Part shown: piece after piece, positions 18,046 through 27,826 of the stretch
How the letters are laid out: each line of letters begins with the position of its first letter
How positions within the stretch are numbered: position 1 is the stretch's first letter
Assembly: GCF_008000775.2 (NCBI RefSeq)
Contig: NZ_CP042905.2
Coordinates: 660,001 to 692,000 of the forward strand
Length of the DNA stretch: 32,000 nt
DNA from: Promethearchaeum syntrophicum
GTDB taxonomy: Archaea > Asgardarchaeota > Lokiarchaeia > Sigyniarchaeales > Promethearchaeaceae
Reading direction: 5' to 3'
Program-made: the position numbers and the translations under genes
The notes under the pieces: model-generated
The model's input: only the letters and a program-made list of their open reading frames with translations
Told to the model about the DNA's origin: nothing
The model's database searches: none

Positions 18046-19296
18046 ATGACAATTTTTTGGGCACCTCTATTACACGTTTATCAACCACCATGGCAAGATC
18101 TCGAAATACTAAAGGAAATTTACAAAGAATGTTATGTTCCCCTTTTAACGATGTTGGAAAGGCATGAAAATGTAAAATTAACACTAAATGTTCAAGGATG
18201 TTTATTGGATTTATTGACCCGCATGGGTTTGGAAGATGCTCGAGAAATTTTGAGAAAATTAATACACAACGGAAAGGTCGAGCTTATAGGATCTGCAAAA
18301 TTTCACCCAATTCTACCTTTAATTCCTCAAGATGAAATCATTCATCAAATCAAATTAAATGAATCAACCTTGAATCATCATTTTCCTGGCTGTTCTTTAA
18401 AAGGTTTTTTTCCACCTGAGATGGCTATTTCTACAAATTTATGCCAAATAATAAAAAAATCCGGTTATTCTTGGACAATTTTGGACGGTATAGCAAATTC
18501 AGATAAATGGCCTCAAGATTATATTCAAAAAACTGAATCTGGATTAATTACTTTTTTCCGAGATTCATTTATTTCCAATATGATTTCTTTTTCAAAAATT
18601 GATGCTGATGGATTTGTAGAAAAGATATCCCAAATGCATGACAAAAATTCTAAAAATGATTATTATATCATTACAGCGCAAGATGCTGAAACATTTGGCC
18701 ACCATATAAAATTTTATGAAACAAGATTTTTGGGAAAAGTATTTTCATTAATCGAGGATCGTAATGATATTGAAATAAGTCTTATATCAAATTTAGTAGA
18801 TCATTTCCCAATTCATAAAGCAAAAAAACCTATTAAATCTTCATCTTGGAGCACTACTACTTCAGATATTGCAAGTCGTGTACCCTATCCATTATGGGCA
18901 TCCCCTTTAAATCCTGTTCACAAGTATCAATACAGAATGTTAAAAGCTTTGTACAAATTAATGGCTACTGTCGAAAAATATAATAAATTTAATGGAAAAA
19001 ACTCGGAGTTTCAAAATTATTATAAAACAGCCCGTTATTTTTATGATCAGTCAATGCATTCGTGTTGGTTATGGTGGGCATCAATGAAGCCGATGTGGAG
19101 TCCAAATTTAATTTATAAGGGCGCTGATTTAATTATGAAAGCAGCATTAAACGCTCAATTAGCACTTATAAATCTGAAAGTAGGTGTAGCAGATGAAGAT
19201 TATGGAATAATTATGGATAATGTTGAAAAATTGATGACAGAAATCATTGATCAAGAAGCAGCTGGTCAAAAAGTTAGAACATATGGTGATTTTTAA
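18046..19296 (+). CDS. Glycoside hydrolase family 57 protein
   Basis: WAPLLHVYQPPWQ, VELIGSAKFHPILPLIP, GFFPPEMAIST, QDAETFGHH and WWASMKPMW match the GH57 amylopullulanase-like layout. Start placed at the ATG at 18046 rather than the TTG at 18028. Confidence 0.85.
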   Translation: MTIFWAPLLHVYQPPWQDLEILKEIYKECYVPLLTMLERHENVKLTLNVQGCLLDLLTRMGLEDAREILRKLIHNGKVELIGSAKFHPILPLIPQDEIIHQIKLNESTLNHHFPGCSLKGFFPPEMAISTNLCQIIKKSGYSWTILDGIANSDKWPQDYIQKTESGLITFFRDSFISNMISFSKIDADGFVEKISQMHDKNSKNDYYIITAQDAETFGHHIKFYETRFLGKVFSLIEDRNDIEISLISNLVDHFPIHKAKKPIKSSSWSTTTSDIASRVPYPLWASPLNPVHKYQYRMLKALYKLMATVEKYNKFNGKNSEFQNYYKTARYFYDQSMHSCWLWWASMKPMWSPNLIYKGADLIMKAALNAQLALINLKVGVADEDYGIIMDNVEKLMTEIIDQEAAGQKVRTYGDF

Positions 19297-19372
19297 TTTT
19301 TTTATTTGATTTTTTAAGATATAAATTCAAATTAGGGAACAATTTTTTTTAGAGTAAAACCAAATCTATTCT

Positions 19373-20344
19373 ATGTCCATACCACACGATAATATTATTG
19401 CATATAAATTATTGAATGATGGTTCAATTTTAAAAGTATTAAACGAAGATTTATTATCATTTTTCATTAATATTAATATTATATCTGTTTATTTTTATAA
19501 AGAAAAGCGATTATATATTTGGAAGGGTGAAAATGTCCCCAGAAATTTACAGAATCATATTCCAATAATCGAAGAACAAATTGTAAAACTCAATCCAAAT
19601 ATCAGCATTCTAAGGCATTTTACGATTGAGGGAGTAAAGGAAGAAACAACTGAATTTTTAGATCTTCTTAAAATAAATCAAGAAGATTTTAAAAAACAAT
19701 TAGAAGAATGGGATGATTTTCGAGGGAGGATGTTAACTTCTATTGAAATACTCCAAAATGAAATCAAAGAACATTTTGCAAATAAGGAATTCAGAGAAAT
19801 TCAGATAAAAGCAAAAAATATTATTAACATAGCAGAAAAAATACAGGCAAATGATATCATAAAAGAACAAGAAAAGACAATTCAACAAATAAAAGAAAAA
19901 CCTGAAGAAGAAGAAATTTCATCTAAAACGAAACCTTTAATAGAAGAAGAATCTGAATCATTGAAAGAAGAAGCCGAACCATTGAAAGAAGAAGCCGAAC
20001 CATTGAAGGATGAAGAAGCCGAACCATTGAAGGATGAAGAAGCCGAACCATTGAAAGAAGAAGAAGCCGAACTATTGAAAGAAGTAGAAGCCGAACCATT
20101 GAAAGAAGAAGAAGCCGAACCATTGAAAGAAGAAGAAGCCGAATTATTGAAGGAAGAAGAAATAGAATCTGAAGATTATAATCATCTTTTAAGACAAGCA
20201 AACCTTATCGAAAGTCGTTCTCCTAATGAAACTAAAGAAATTCTTACAAAATGCCTTGATATTATAACAAAAAATAGAGAAAAATTCATCGAAGAAAATC
20301 CTAAAAGAGTGAAAGATGAAGCAATATTAGAAAAAAGAATTTAA
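19373..20344 (+). CDS. Possible gelsolin-like domain protein with Glu-rich repeat region
   Basis: 323 aa; N-term IISVYFYKEKRLYIWKGENV...ILRHFTIEGVKEETTEFLDLL resembles the gelsolin repeat pattern (xxWxGxxA...EGxExxxF); followed by coiled coil and LKEEEAEP repeats. Confidence 0.5.
   Translation: MSIPHDNIIAYKLLNDGSILKVLNEDLLSFFININIISVYFYKEKRLYIWKGENVPRNLQNHIPIIEEQIVKLNPNISILRHFTIEGVKEETTEFLDLLKINQEDFKKQLEEWDDFRGRMLTSIEILQNEIKEHFANKEFREIQIKAKNIINIAEKIQANDIIKEQEKTIQQIKEKPEEEEISSKTKPLIEEESESLKEEAEPLKEEAEPLKDEEAEPLKDEEAEPLKEEEAELLKEVEAEPLKEEEAEPLKEEEAELLKEEEIESEDYNHLLRQANLIESRSPNETKEILTKCLDIITKNREKFIEENPKRVKDEAILEKRI
19961..20170 (+). repeat. In-frame tandem repeat: 2 x 21 nt then 7 x 24 nt, encoding LK(E/D)EEAEP-like units
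   Basis: Read directly: ttgaaagaagaagccgaacca (x2) then ttgaaggatgaagaagccgaacca / ttgaaagaagaagaagccgaacca variants; the last unit has diverged. Confidence 0.95.
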
Positions 20345-20358
20345 GAGGTAAATTATTT

Positions 20359-21585
20359 ATGAAAGACTACAAAAAACAGAACGAATTTGATTTCACCTTT
20401 GAAGCCGTTTCTTCAACATTGAAAAACTTTGAAAACATTGCAAATCAATCCAAATCACTGAATTTTTTCATGGGATTTGATGGATATATTGATTTACTAT
20501 ACAATATGGTCCGCAATAGAAAAAATGTAATGGAATTTGAGATTTATGAATCAATGAAAGATTTTGGTCAAAAGATAGTTGATACTACGGGGAGCTCTAT
20601 TTCAATTGAAAGATCTCTTAAAAAAAAAATTGGAGGAGGATTTGCCCCAAATATGGCGCGAGCTATAGGTAATATGTCTCCAATGGCTCAAATTGATTTA
20701 TTCGGTGCTTTGGGGTATCCCAAAATCAATCCTATTTTTAAAAATCTTCCAAAGAATGTAAATTTACACTCAATTGGAACACCTGGGGAGACTTTAGCTC
20801 TTGAATTTTCGGATGGAAAAGTAATGTCGCAAGATTTTGGTGGAATTTTTGCCCTTGACTGGGAAACTGTAATTTCTCGAATAGGCGGGAGAGATAATTT
20901 AATTTCATTCTTCGAAAAAGCAGACGCGATTGGAAATGGTCATTGGAGTTTAATGCCTTATATGAGTTCATATTTACAGCATTTTTTAACGGATATTTTT
21001 CCAAATATATCTAATCTTAAAAAAAAACTATTCTTTTTAGATCCAGCAGATTTATCAAAGCGTTCAGATGGAGATATTAAAGATATGCTGAATTTATTAA
21101 TGAAAATCAATGATTTTATCCCAGTTGTCTTAAGTGTTAATGATCGAGAAGTATTTGATCTTATTAGGACATTAAAATTAGAGGATCAACTTCCTCTTAA
21201 AAAAAACGATCCTACTTCTTATTTGTTGGCGGGAAAAAAAATTAATTCAAATTTAAATTTTAGTTATTTTGTAATCCATGATCCTCATTTTGCTACAATT
21301 TCAGGAGTTGAGCAAACAAAGGTTTTTCATTATTGGATTACAGAAGGATTTACTTCAAAACCTAAATATACTGTTGCGGCTGGAGATCATTTTAATGCAG
21401 GATTATTAAACGCACTCCTATTGGGAATGAGTCCTTCAGAGTCTTGTATTATTGCCAATGCCGCTACTGCGATTTTTGTAAGAACTGGACAATCTCCTTC
21501 ACCAAAAGATTTAAAAAGATTTATCTCCCATTATTTCGATTATATAAAACAAGATATTGATAATTTTGAGATAAATAGAAATTGA
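20359..21585 (+). CDS. PfkB/ribokinase-like sugar kinase family protein
   Basis: 408 aa; N-term FFMGFDGYIDLLY, GGGFAPNMARAIGNM, C-term catalytic-like VAAGDHFNAGLLNALLLGMSPSESCIIANAAT. Confidence 0.75.
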   Translation: MKDYKKQNEFDFTFEAVSSTLKNFENIANQSKSLNFFMGFDGYIDLLYNMVRNRKNVMEFEIYESMKDFGQKIVDTTGSSISIERSLKKKIGGGFAPNMARAIGNMSPMAQIDLFGALGYPKINPIFKNLPKNVNLHSIGTPGETLALEFSDGKVMSQDFGGIFALDWETVISRIGGRDNLISFFEKADAIGNGHWSLMPYMSSYLQHFLTDIFPNISNLKKKLFFLDPADLSKRSDGDIKDMLNLLMKINDFIPVVLSVNDREVFDLIRTLKLEDQLPLKKNDPTSYLLAGKKINSNLNFSYFVIHDPHFATISGVEQTKVFHYWITEGFTSKPKYTVAAGDHFNAGLLNALLLGMSPSESCIIANAATAIFVRTGQSPSPKDLKRFISHYFDYIKQDIDNFEINRN

Positions 21586-21617
21586 TAAATAAAAAAAAAA
21601 ATAGTGAAAAAAGAAAA

Positions 21618-24600
21618 TTATGCAGATACAGTTATTTCCACGATATCTTCATAACCCTCGGAGGTTATTACTTGAACCCAGATAGTTTCTCCAGTAGTTA
21701 ACCCCCCTGCTATATTTGCGATATCTATATAATAAAGAGCAAGGTTTCCAGATTCACTACCTGTGAGAATATAGTCTGTTATTTCAGTTCGAGCGAGAAG
21801 ATTATCCCACATCGTAATATCACTACTAGAAATGTCTAAATATTGAAAATCCCCGGAAATACCAATTTTTAATCTAATTCCGTCAATTGTTGCACTAGTG
21901 TTATGATTGATTGATAACATTAGGTGAATCGAATCTTCGCTAGCATCTGCCATGGTATTACCATAATTTTCATGCGGTATAATTTCATCCGGATCAATTA
22001 TTCGCGTTATATTATCTGCTGTAGGTAATCGAGATGTTAAATTTACATCACTAAAAACAAACGGACTTGATGTAGTATTCACCATTACATTTAATGTGTT
22101 AGTGAGATTTAATTTAAAACCATCAAAGGATACATCAATTAATGCAATGTCGTCATGGTTTAAAATTTTGTTTCCAACTGTAATATTTACATCTTGGATT
22201 TCAATTGCTTCAGTGCCATTAAGAATAATGCTATCTAATTCTACAGGATCAAAACCAACATTCTTAACTACTAATCGTAACGATTCATTAGTAAAAGCAG
22301 ATGTCATTGAATTTTCGCCTGTTATTATCGAAATCATTGAAGATTGATTACGAGGAACAAAATAAGCATTATCAGATGCGCAAGTGTCTCCATCTTGTCC
22401 TGATATATAAATACTAACCGGTGAATTTCTTTCAACTTCTGAAACATTTGCATAAATATTTCTTTGATCTCCTGGATCTAAGAAAAGCTCTTCAGGAGTA
22501 TCAGTCCCCACAATGAAATCATTAATTTGGACTCCATTAGCATATAAACTCTCAAGACCAATTGTCTCAAAACCATCATTTCTCACAGTAAGTGTCAAAC
22601 TTCCATTTTCTAAGAGATAAGACTGTGCGTTGTAATTCAAATAGTACTCATTATGTGGAATATTCATATTTTCATAAATTGAATAATCAAAGAGGAATCT
22701 AGATTCAGGCAATATATCTAAATCACTAGGCAATATTGTTAGCTTATAATTTTCCTTATTGAATCCTAAGACGGTTTCTGCAATGCCTCCCTCGGAAGTA
22801 TGAACTCGAATATAATTACTCTCAGAAAAATCAAAGGTTGTTGCTGTTCCTGTGTCTTCTATGTAAAATGACTCCGTTTCATTAGGACCAATTATCAAGT
22901 TCAAATTAAGATCTGGATTAATTTCCATATAGTCATTGTTTATAGAGATATTTGAGATTTTTTGAGGTTGATTACCTTCGTTTTTCACGACAATTTTAGC
23001 ATTTGATTGAAATCCCGATAATTCTAATCGAGAACTTTCTCTATCTATTTCGATTTTTATTTCATCTGGAAGTTTCACTTGAGTATCAACGGTATCGTTT
23101 GAAAGCGTATATAATAAACCATTTTCCTTTTGAACGCTAACTTCCATTTCTAAATTGTAAATCTCAGAAGTATCCCAAGTTTCTTCAGTGTTAAACCAAA
23201 CATACCTGCTCTCATTTGGACTGATTGGATCGGCGCTATTTTCAACAGAAAAGTTGTATGCTTTATCTGAGACTTTCAAAGAACTAATTTCGAAATCTAA
23301 TTTTCCAGTATTCGTTATCAGAGCATTACCATATCCATTAGTATCAATATTTTGCTTGCTGATAGAAAATGAAGTGTCTAAAGGAGTGTAATCTATTTTA
23401 TACAATTTTACTAATTTATTCGCTGAAACATATGTTGGTTCAAAGAATTCTAGTTGATAATCTCCATTTACCGTTGGATATTCTTTCCATAATTTACCAT
23501 TATCGTCGACTTTGGGTGAAATACTTCCTTCAGGATATCCTCCGACTTGGATAGCTAACTGTTGGATTGGATATGAGTCTGTTTGAGAAAGACCATCAGC
23601 AGATATTAATTCATTGTTAAACAGCAGTTTTGCTAAAGTACTGTTGAACCATGCTTCTCTGTATAATCCAGATGATCCATTAATATATTTTTCTTCATCA
23701 AATACTGTATCAACTGTCTGATCTTCTCCGCCATACCAATTATCTTTGGTCAAACTTCCGTAATTTTCATAGCTTGCTGTATTATCATTACAGATACGAA
23801 CCATCCAAGGCCATTTTCCCTCATCTCCTCCTATTCCGGTCACTAAATGCCCGAAATATACTAAAACATATTCTGCTTTTAGGAGTTTGAACGCTTCCGC
23901 GCTATACCGTTCTTGCGTTTGCATCATTGCCATTCCAGTTAATCCTATCCGAGTTTGATTCCAAGTACCGTTATCATTAACAGAAGTAACATTTCCTATA
24001 GATGTGATCCAATAACCATAATCCCACCAAGATACTACAACGGCCTCACTTGGGAGATTATTATCCATCCAAGTGAGAGACTCTTCCCAATCATGAAATG
24101 ATCCCAAAGAAACTAAATCTGAATAACCCATTTGTTCTGAAGAAATCGTTATTGCATGATTTGCTTGAACGAATAATAGTAATCCGATCATGGCATAAAC
24201 AATCAAACCTTCAGGTTTTGCAATAGTTCGTTTAAGTTGTTTTTTACGCCTTCTGGTAATAGTTTTCTCTTTTTTCATTAAATTCCCAAACATTTTCAAA
24301 ATATTTGATAACGCATAACCCCCTAATAGTGCTAAAGCAGGCGCGAAAAGGAGAATAATTCGTATCATACTCCCAGTAAAGTAGAATAATGTCACTACAA
24401 AAATTACCATTAAAATATCTTCCGTATTTCCTCGACGGATTGCAAAATATACGCCAGGAACAACTAATAATAAAGGTATTAGAGAATTATAATAAAATGC
24501 ACTCCAAGGAGCTGGTGCATGTTCTCCTACTGAGGCTACTAAATGAATATCCTCACGAATGCTCGGATTTATTATAGATGCTAATCTAGATGCTAAATTA

Positions 24601-25598
24601 AAAGGAATTAAATCGGGTACTTGCCAGAATATTATTAAAGCGATTATGGCGATTGGAATTGAAGCCCATTTTATACCCGTTAGAATTTTTGTATAAACTT
24701 CCGTATCCCTTTGCATATACATAATATGATAACCAATCAGAAAAACAAGAAATAATAGTGGAACAATGAAATCCATTTCTTTTATCATCTTAGACCAAGC
24801 AAAAGAAGGATCCAAAGTAAAAATAAGTAATCCTATCCCAATGGTCGCGCTGTATGCTAATAATATACGAGCATTGTATTTGTTTGCTAATATCAGAATT
24901 GCCACAAGCAAGGGAATTAATAAAAAGGGATAAGTCAGCCCTCCCCAACTTAATGCTAAATATCCCAATGATATTCCAGCGTAAATTCCATGCGAAAGTT
25001 TTCCAGATTTCACCGCTTTGATGAAAAATAAGAAAACCAGCAAGACTGCGAACACTCCGATCGTTTCGTTGTCGTAGAAGCCACAAACAGTACGTTGCAT
25101 ATGCCCCGGTGAGAATGCTAAGAAGAAAGCGGCGATAAGTCCCGCTCGTTTATCCAAAATTTCTTTTCCGAGAAAATACATAACGAGAACGGTTGCACCC
25201 CCCATAAATGCAGGGAAATAGAATGCCACTTGGAATGGTGTTACTGGAATTCCGAGGGCTGTGATAATCCAGTAAATTATCGCAGTTGTAAAAAGCAACC
25301 CCGGTCGAAGATTAAATCTATCGACACCTTCTGGGAACCAAAATTGAAAATCATGGAAATGGAACCAATCATATAGAGACATGTTGATGACGGCTTTTGT
25401 AGAGCTGAATTGGTACCAAGGATCGAAGGCCTTGATGAGGTACGTTCCTGTAATAACTGGTGACATTCGAACTAAAACAGCGAGAATAAGAACGAAGATC
25501 AGAGCAAGATAAAAGAATGGAGCGTCGCTGGGTATTTTTACTGATGTTTTAACTTTATCAGATTGGTTTGAAAACCAATTTTTAAATTTATTAACCAT
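21618..25598 (-). CDS. aglB: STT3/AglB oligosaccharyltransferase with large beta-rich C-terminal extracellular region
   Basis: 1326 aa; multi-TM N-terminus with KAFDPWYQF, GFYDNETIG and signature SWWDYGYWITSIGNVTSVNDN; the C-terminal ~550 aa contains repeated CARDB-like segments (LTVRNDGFETIGLESLYANG; LRLVVKNVGFDPVELDSIILNG). Confidence 0.93.
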   Translation of the reverse strand: MVNKFKNWFSNQSDKVKTSVKIPSDAPFFYLALIFVLILAVLVRMSPVITGTYLIKAFDPWYQFSSTKAVINMSLYDWFHFHDFQFWFPEGVDRFNLRPGLLFTTAIIYWIITALGIPVTPFQVAFYFPAFMGGATVLVMYFLGKEILDKRAGLIAAFFLAFSPGHMQRTVCGFYDNETIGVFAVLLVFLFFIKAVKSGKLSHGIYAGISLGYLALSWGGLTYPFLLIPLLVAILILANKYNARILLAYSATIGIGLLIFTLDPSFAWSKMIKEMDFIVPLLFLVFLIGYHIMYMQRDTEVYTKILTGIKWASIPIAIIALIIFWQVPDLIPFNLASRLASIINPSIREDIHLVASVGEHAPAPWSAFYYNSLIPLLLVVPGVYFAIRRGNTEDILMVIFVVTLFYFTGSMIRIILLFAPALALLGGYALSNILKMFGNLMKKEKTITRRRKKQLKRTIAKPEGLIVYAMIGLLLFVQANHAITISSEQMGYSDLVSLGSFHDWEESLTWMDNNLPSEAVVVSWWDYGYWITSIGNVTSVNDNGTWNQTRIGLTGMAMMQTQERYSAEAFKLLKAEYVLVYFGHLVTGIGGDEGKWPWMVRICNDNTASYENYGSLTKDNWYGGEDQTVDTVFDEEKYINGSSGLYREAWFNSTLAKLLFNNELISADGLSQTDSYPIQQLAIQVGGYPEGSISPKVDDNGKLWKEYPTVNGDYQLEFFEPTYVSANKLVKLYKIDYTPLDTSFSISKQNIDTNGYGNALITNTGKLDFEISSLKVSDKAYNFSVENSADPISPNESRYVWFNTEETWDTSEIYNLEMEVSVQKENGLLYTLSNDTVDTQVKLPDEIKIEIDRESSRLELSGFQSNAKIVVKNEGNQPQKISNISINNDYMEINPDLNLNLIIGPNETESFYIEDTGTATTFDFSESNYIRVHTSEGGIAETVLGFNKENYKLTILPSDLDILPESRFLFDYSIYENMNIPHNEYYLNYNAQSYLLENGSLTLTVRNDGFETIGLESLYANGVQINDFIVGTDTPEELFLDPGDQRNIYANVSEVERNSPVSIYISGQDGDTCASDNAYFVPRNQSSMISIITGENSMTSAFTNESLRLVVKNVGFDPVELDSIILNGTEAIEIQDVNITVGNKILNHDDIALIDVSFDGFKLNLTNTLNVMVNTTSSPFVFSDVNLTSRLPTADNITRIIDPDEIIPHENYGNTMADASEDSIHLMLSINHNTSATIDGIRLKIGISGDFQYLDISSSDITMWDNLLARTEITDYILTGSESGNLALYYIDIANIAGGLTTGETIWVQVITSEGYEDIVEITVSA

Positions 25599-25902
25599 TT
25601 TTCAACAATGGGAAAAGGTAAAGAAATTATTAAAAAAATATGGTTCAATAATTCTATAAAAATTTTAGAATTCGAGGAATATTGACATGGGCTTAAATAA
25701 GATTAATTGAAGTATAAAATTCAAAACAAGACATTTCAAATACTTAAAAATTAGAGATTCAAATTAATCATTTCTTCTTATTTTCCTTCTTATTTATGAT
25801 AAACTAATGTAATTAAACAATTATTTTCGATAACCAAATACAAATAAAAAATCTAATAAATAAATCAAAATTCTTTTCAATCTTTATTCCTCAATTTAAA
25901 TT

Positions 25903-26586
25903 ATGACTATTGATAAGGAAAAATTGGATAGAATATCAGAATTCATGAGTAATGGAGAATTTAATGAAGCAATTTCATTAATTAATCCGATTCTTGAAGA
26001 ATATCCCAATAATATTATTTTAATGCTTGATTTAGCCTATAGTTTTGCTAATTTAAGTCGTTTTGAAGAAGCAATAAAATTATATTCTAAAATTATTGAA
26101 TTAGCTCCAGAAAATTCTAGTGGTTATACAGGTTTAGGGTTTATTTATCGTAAACAAGGGAAAAATGAAGCTGCTATTAAAGAATTTACAAAAGGAATTC
26201 TTTACGCACCAGATAACGCAATAGCTCATTTTGAAAAAGCAGAGGCTCTTTTTGAGATCGATGAATATGAAGAATCTTTAAAAAGCTACTATAAGGCGCT
26301 TCAATTCAGTGGTGCAGAAACTGAAGCTGAAACTTTACATCGCATTGCTCAAGTAAATTTAGGATTAAAAAATTATGATAAAGCTATAAAGATTGGTAAT
26401 GATGTACTTACTCGGGATCCTAGTTATGTTTCCATAAATAATATTATTGCTCTTGCCTATTATTTAAAGGAAGACTGGAAAAATGCAGAATTACACTTTG
26501 AAAAATATCTTAAAGTCATTCCTGAAGATGAATCAGCAAGTAATTTACTTCACAAAATTAAAGAAATTCTAAAGGAAATAGAATAG
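25903..26586 (+). CDS. Tetratricopeptide (TPR) repeat protein
   Basis: 227 aa; repeated 34-aa TPR units e.g. NIILMLDLAYSFANLSRFEEAIKLYSKIIELAPENSSGYTGLGFIYRKQGKNEAAIKEFTKGI. Confidence 0.85.
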   Translation: MTIDKEKLDRISEFMSNGEFNEAISLINPILEEYPNNIILMLDLAYSFANLSRFEEAIKLYSKIIELAPENSSGYTGLGFIYRKQGKNEAAIKEFTKGILYAPDNAIAHFEKAEALFEIDEYEESLKSYYKALQFSGAETEAETLHRIAQVNLGLKNYDKAIKIGNDVLTRDPSYVSINNIIALAYYLKEDWKNAELHFEKYLKVIPEDESASNLLHKIKEILKEIE

Positions 26587-26634
26587 AGCAATTAGAAATA
26601 TAAAAGATTAGATATTAGATTTCTAAAAAAAAAA

Positions 26635-27126
26635 TTATTCTTTTGTTGCGGTCAATGTTAATTTTACTTTGGCAGCTTTTAATTTTTCAATTGCTTTTTT
26701 ACTCGCTTTTTCTACAGTAATTTCCATAGGTTTAGTAACATTACCGCTTCCGAGTAATTTATTATAATGAAGAGATTTAAGATCGATAATATATTTTGTT
26801 CCTTTTTTCTCCACTTTTCCATCTTCAAGCCACTGATCTAAATTTAATTCTACTTCTTTAATATTAATTGCATTAACAGCATAAATTCTTAACATTTTCT
26901 GTGGTCTTTTGAAGCCCGTATAACCTATTCTCCATTTGTCACCATCAGGTCCTGGAAATCCTTCCGCTCTCATTTTTAGGTAATAGGTCCATTTGTGTTT
27001 GAATTTTCCTGTGGTTAATCCGGTTCCACCTCTTACTCCTTTAGCTCGATGGGCACCTATTGTTCCATATCCACGTGTTCTGTTAGCTTGCATTTTTCTT
27101 GATTTTTTTCTGTGCGTAATTGGCAT
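26635..27126 (-). CDS. rpl15: Ribosomal protein uL15 (archaeal/eukaryotic type)
   Basis: HRKKSRKMQANRTRGYGTIGAHRAKGVRGGTGLTTGKFKHKWTYYL; last in the ribosomal operon order. Confidence 0.8.
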   Translation of the reverse strand: MPITHRKKSRKMQANRTRGYGTIGAHRAKGVRGGTGLTTGKFKHKWTYYLKMRAEGFPGPDGDKWRIGYTGFKRPQKMLRIYAVNAINIKEVELNLDQWLEDGKVEKKGTKYIIDLKSLHYNKLLGSGNVTKPMEITVEKASKKAIEKLKAAKVKLTLTATKE

Positions 27127-27141
27127 ACTATTTCTTCTCCT

Positions 27142-27807
27142 TTAAATCATCTTTTTCAAATAGATGTTTATTTTACTACCAACATTTCCTAAAGTTCCTC
27201 CTGCTCCAACAGGTTTTTTAATGGATCCTGGATATCCACCGATTGGGGGATGTAAACGAAATACTGGTTTAAGATCTTTAACTTCTTTCAATTGAATCTT
27301 TCCTTGATAAATGGCTTTTGCAAGATCATCTATTGATTTATATACTGTAGTGTGTCGAACATGAGTATCGGTTAAAATTTTATTCCCGGTAAGTCTGGCT
27401 CGTTTTTTAAGGACATTTTTTAATATATCTTCAGATATAGGTCCAAATGAAATATAATCCTTAGATTTTTGAAGCATTCCACGAATAATCGGGGTGCTTC
27501 TTAGTATAGTAGCACTATTTACTGAATAAAGATTCATTAAATGAAGTGTTCTTTGAATTGTACGTCTCATACCATGAGCTCCTCTTACACGAAGAACGCA
27601 TAGAGTAATTTCTTCATCCTGTTTTTGATTTTTTTTCAAAGAAATTGTAGGAAGTTCGACGTTTTTTACTTTCTTTTCAACTTTCTTTGTTGTTTTTTTA
27701 GTTGTAGTTTTTCTAGTAGTCTTTTTAGCCGTTGTTTTTCTAGAAGTTTTCTTTGAACTTTTTTTAACAGATCTTTTTTTAACAGGAGTTTTTGTTGAAC
27801 TTGACAT
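27142..27807 (-). CDS. rpl30: Ribosomal protein uL30 with Lys/Thr-rich N-terminal extension
   Basis: LCVLRVRGAHGMRRTIQRTLHLMNLYSVNSATILRSTP...FRLHPPIGGYPGSIKKPVGAGGTLGN. Start chosen at the ATG at 27807 (preceded by AGGTG) rather than the GTG at 27816. Confidence 0.9.
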   Translation of the reverse strand: MSSSTKTPVKKRSVKKSSKKTSRKTTAKKTTRKTTTKKTTKKVEKKVKNVELPTISLKKNQKQDEEITLCVLRVRGAHGMRRTIQRTLHLMNLYSVNSATILRSTPIIRGMLQKSKDYISFGPISEDILKNVLKKRARLTGNKILTDTHVRHTTVYKSIDDLAKAIYQGKIQLKEVKDLKPVFRLHPPIGGYPGSIKKPVGAGGTLGNVGSKINIYLKKMI

Positions 27808-27826
27808 TTTTTTCACCTATGTTTAT

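Noticed and set aside
19961-20170. Possible CRISPR-like array
   Set aside because: Units are contiguous 21/24-nt codon-phased repeats without spacers, inside an ORF.
19923-20201. 92-aa minus-strand ORF with LLLLSMVRLL repeats
   Set aside because: Exact antisense of the LKEEEAEP repeat; the repetition comes from the sense-strand coding repeat.
23188-25086. ORFs at 23188-23391, 23369-23554, 24389-24577 and 24790-25086
   Set aside because: All lie antisense within the aglB frame.
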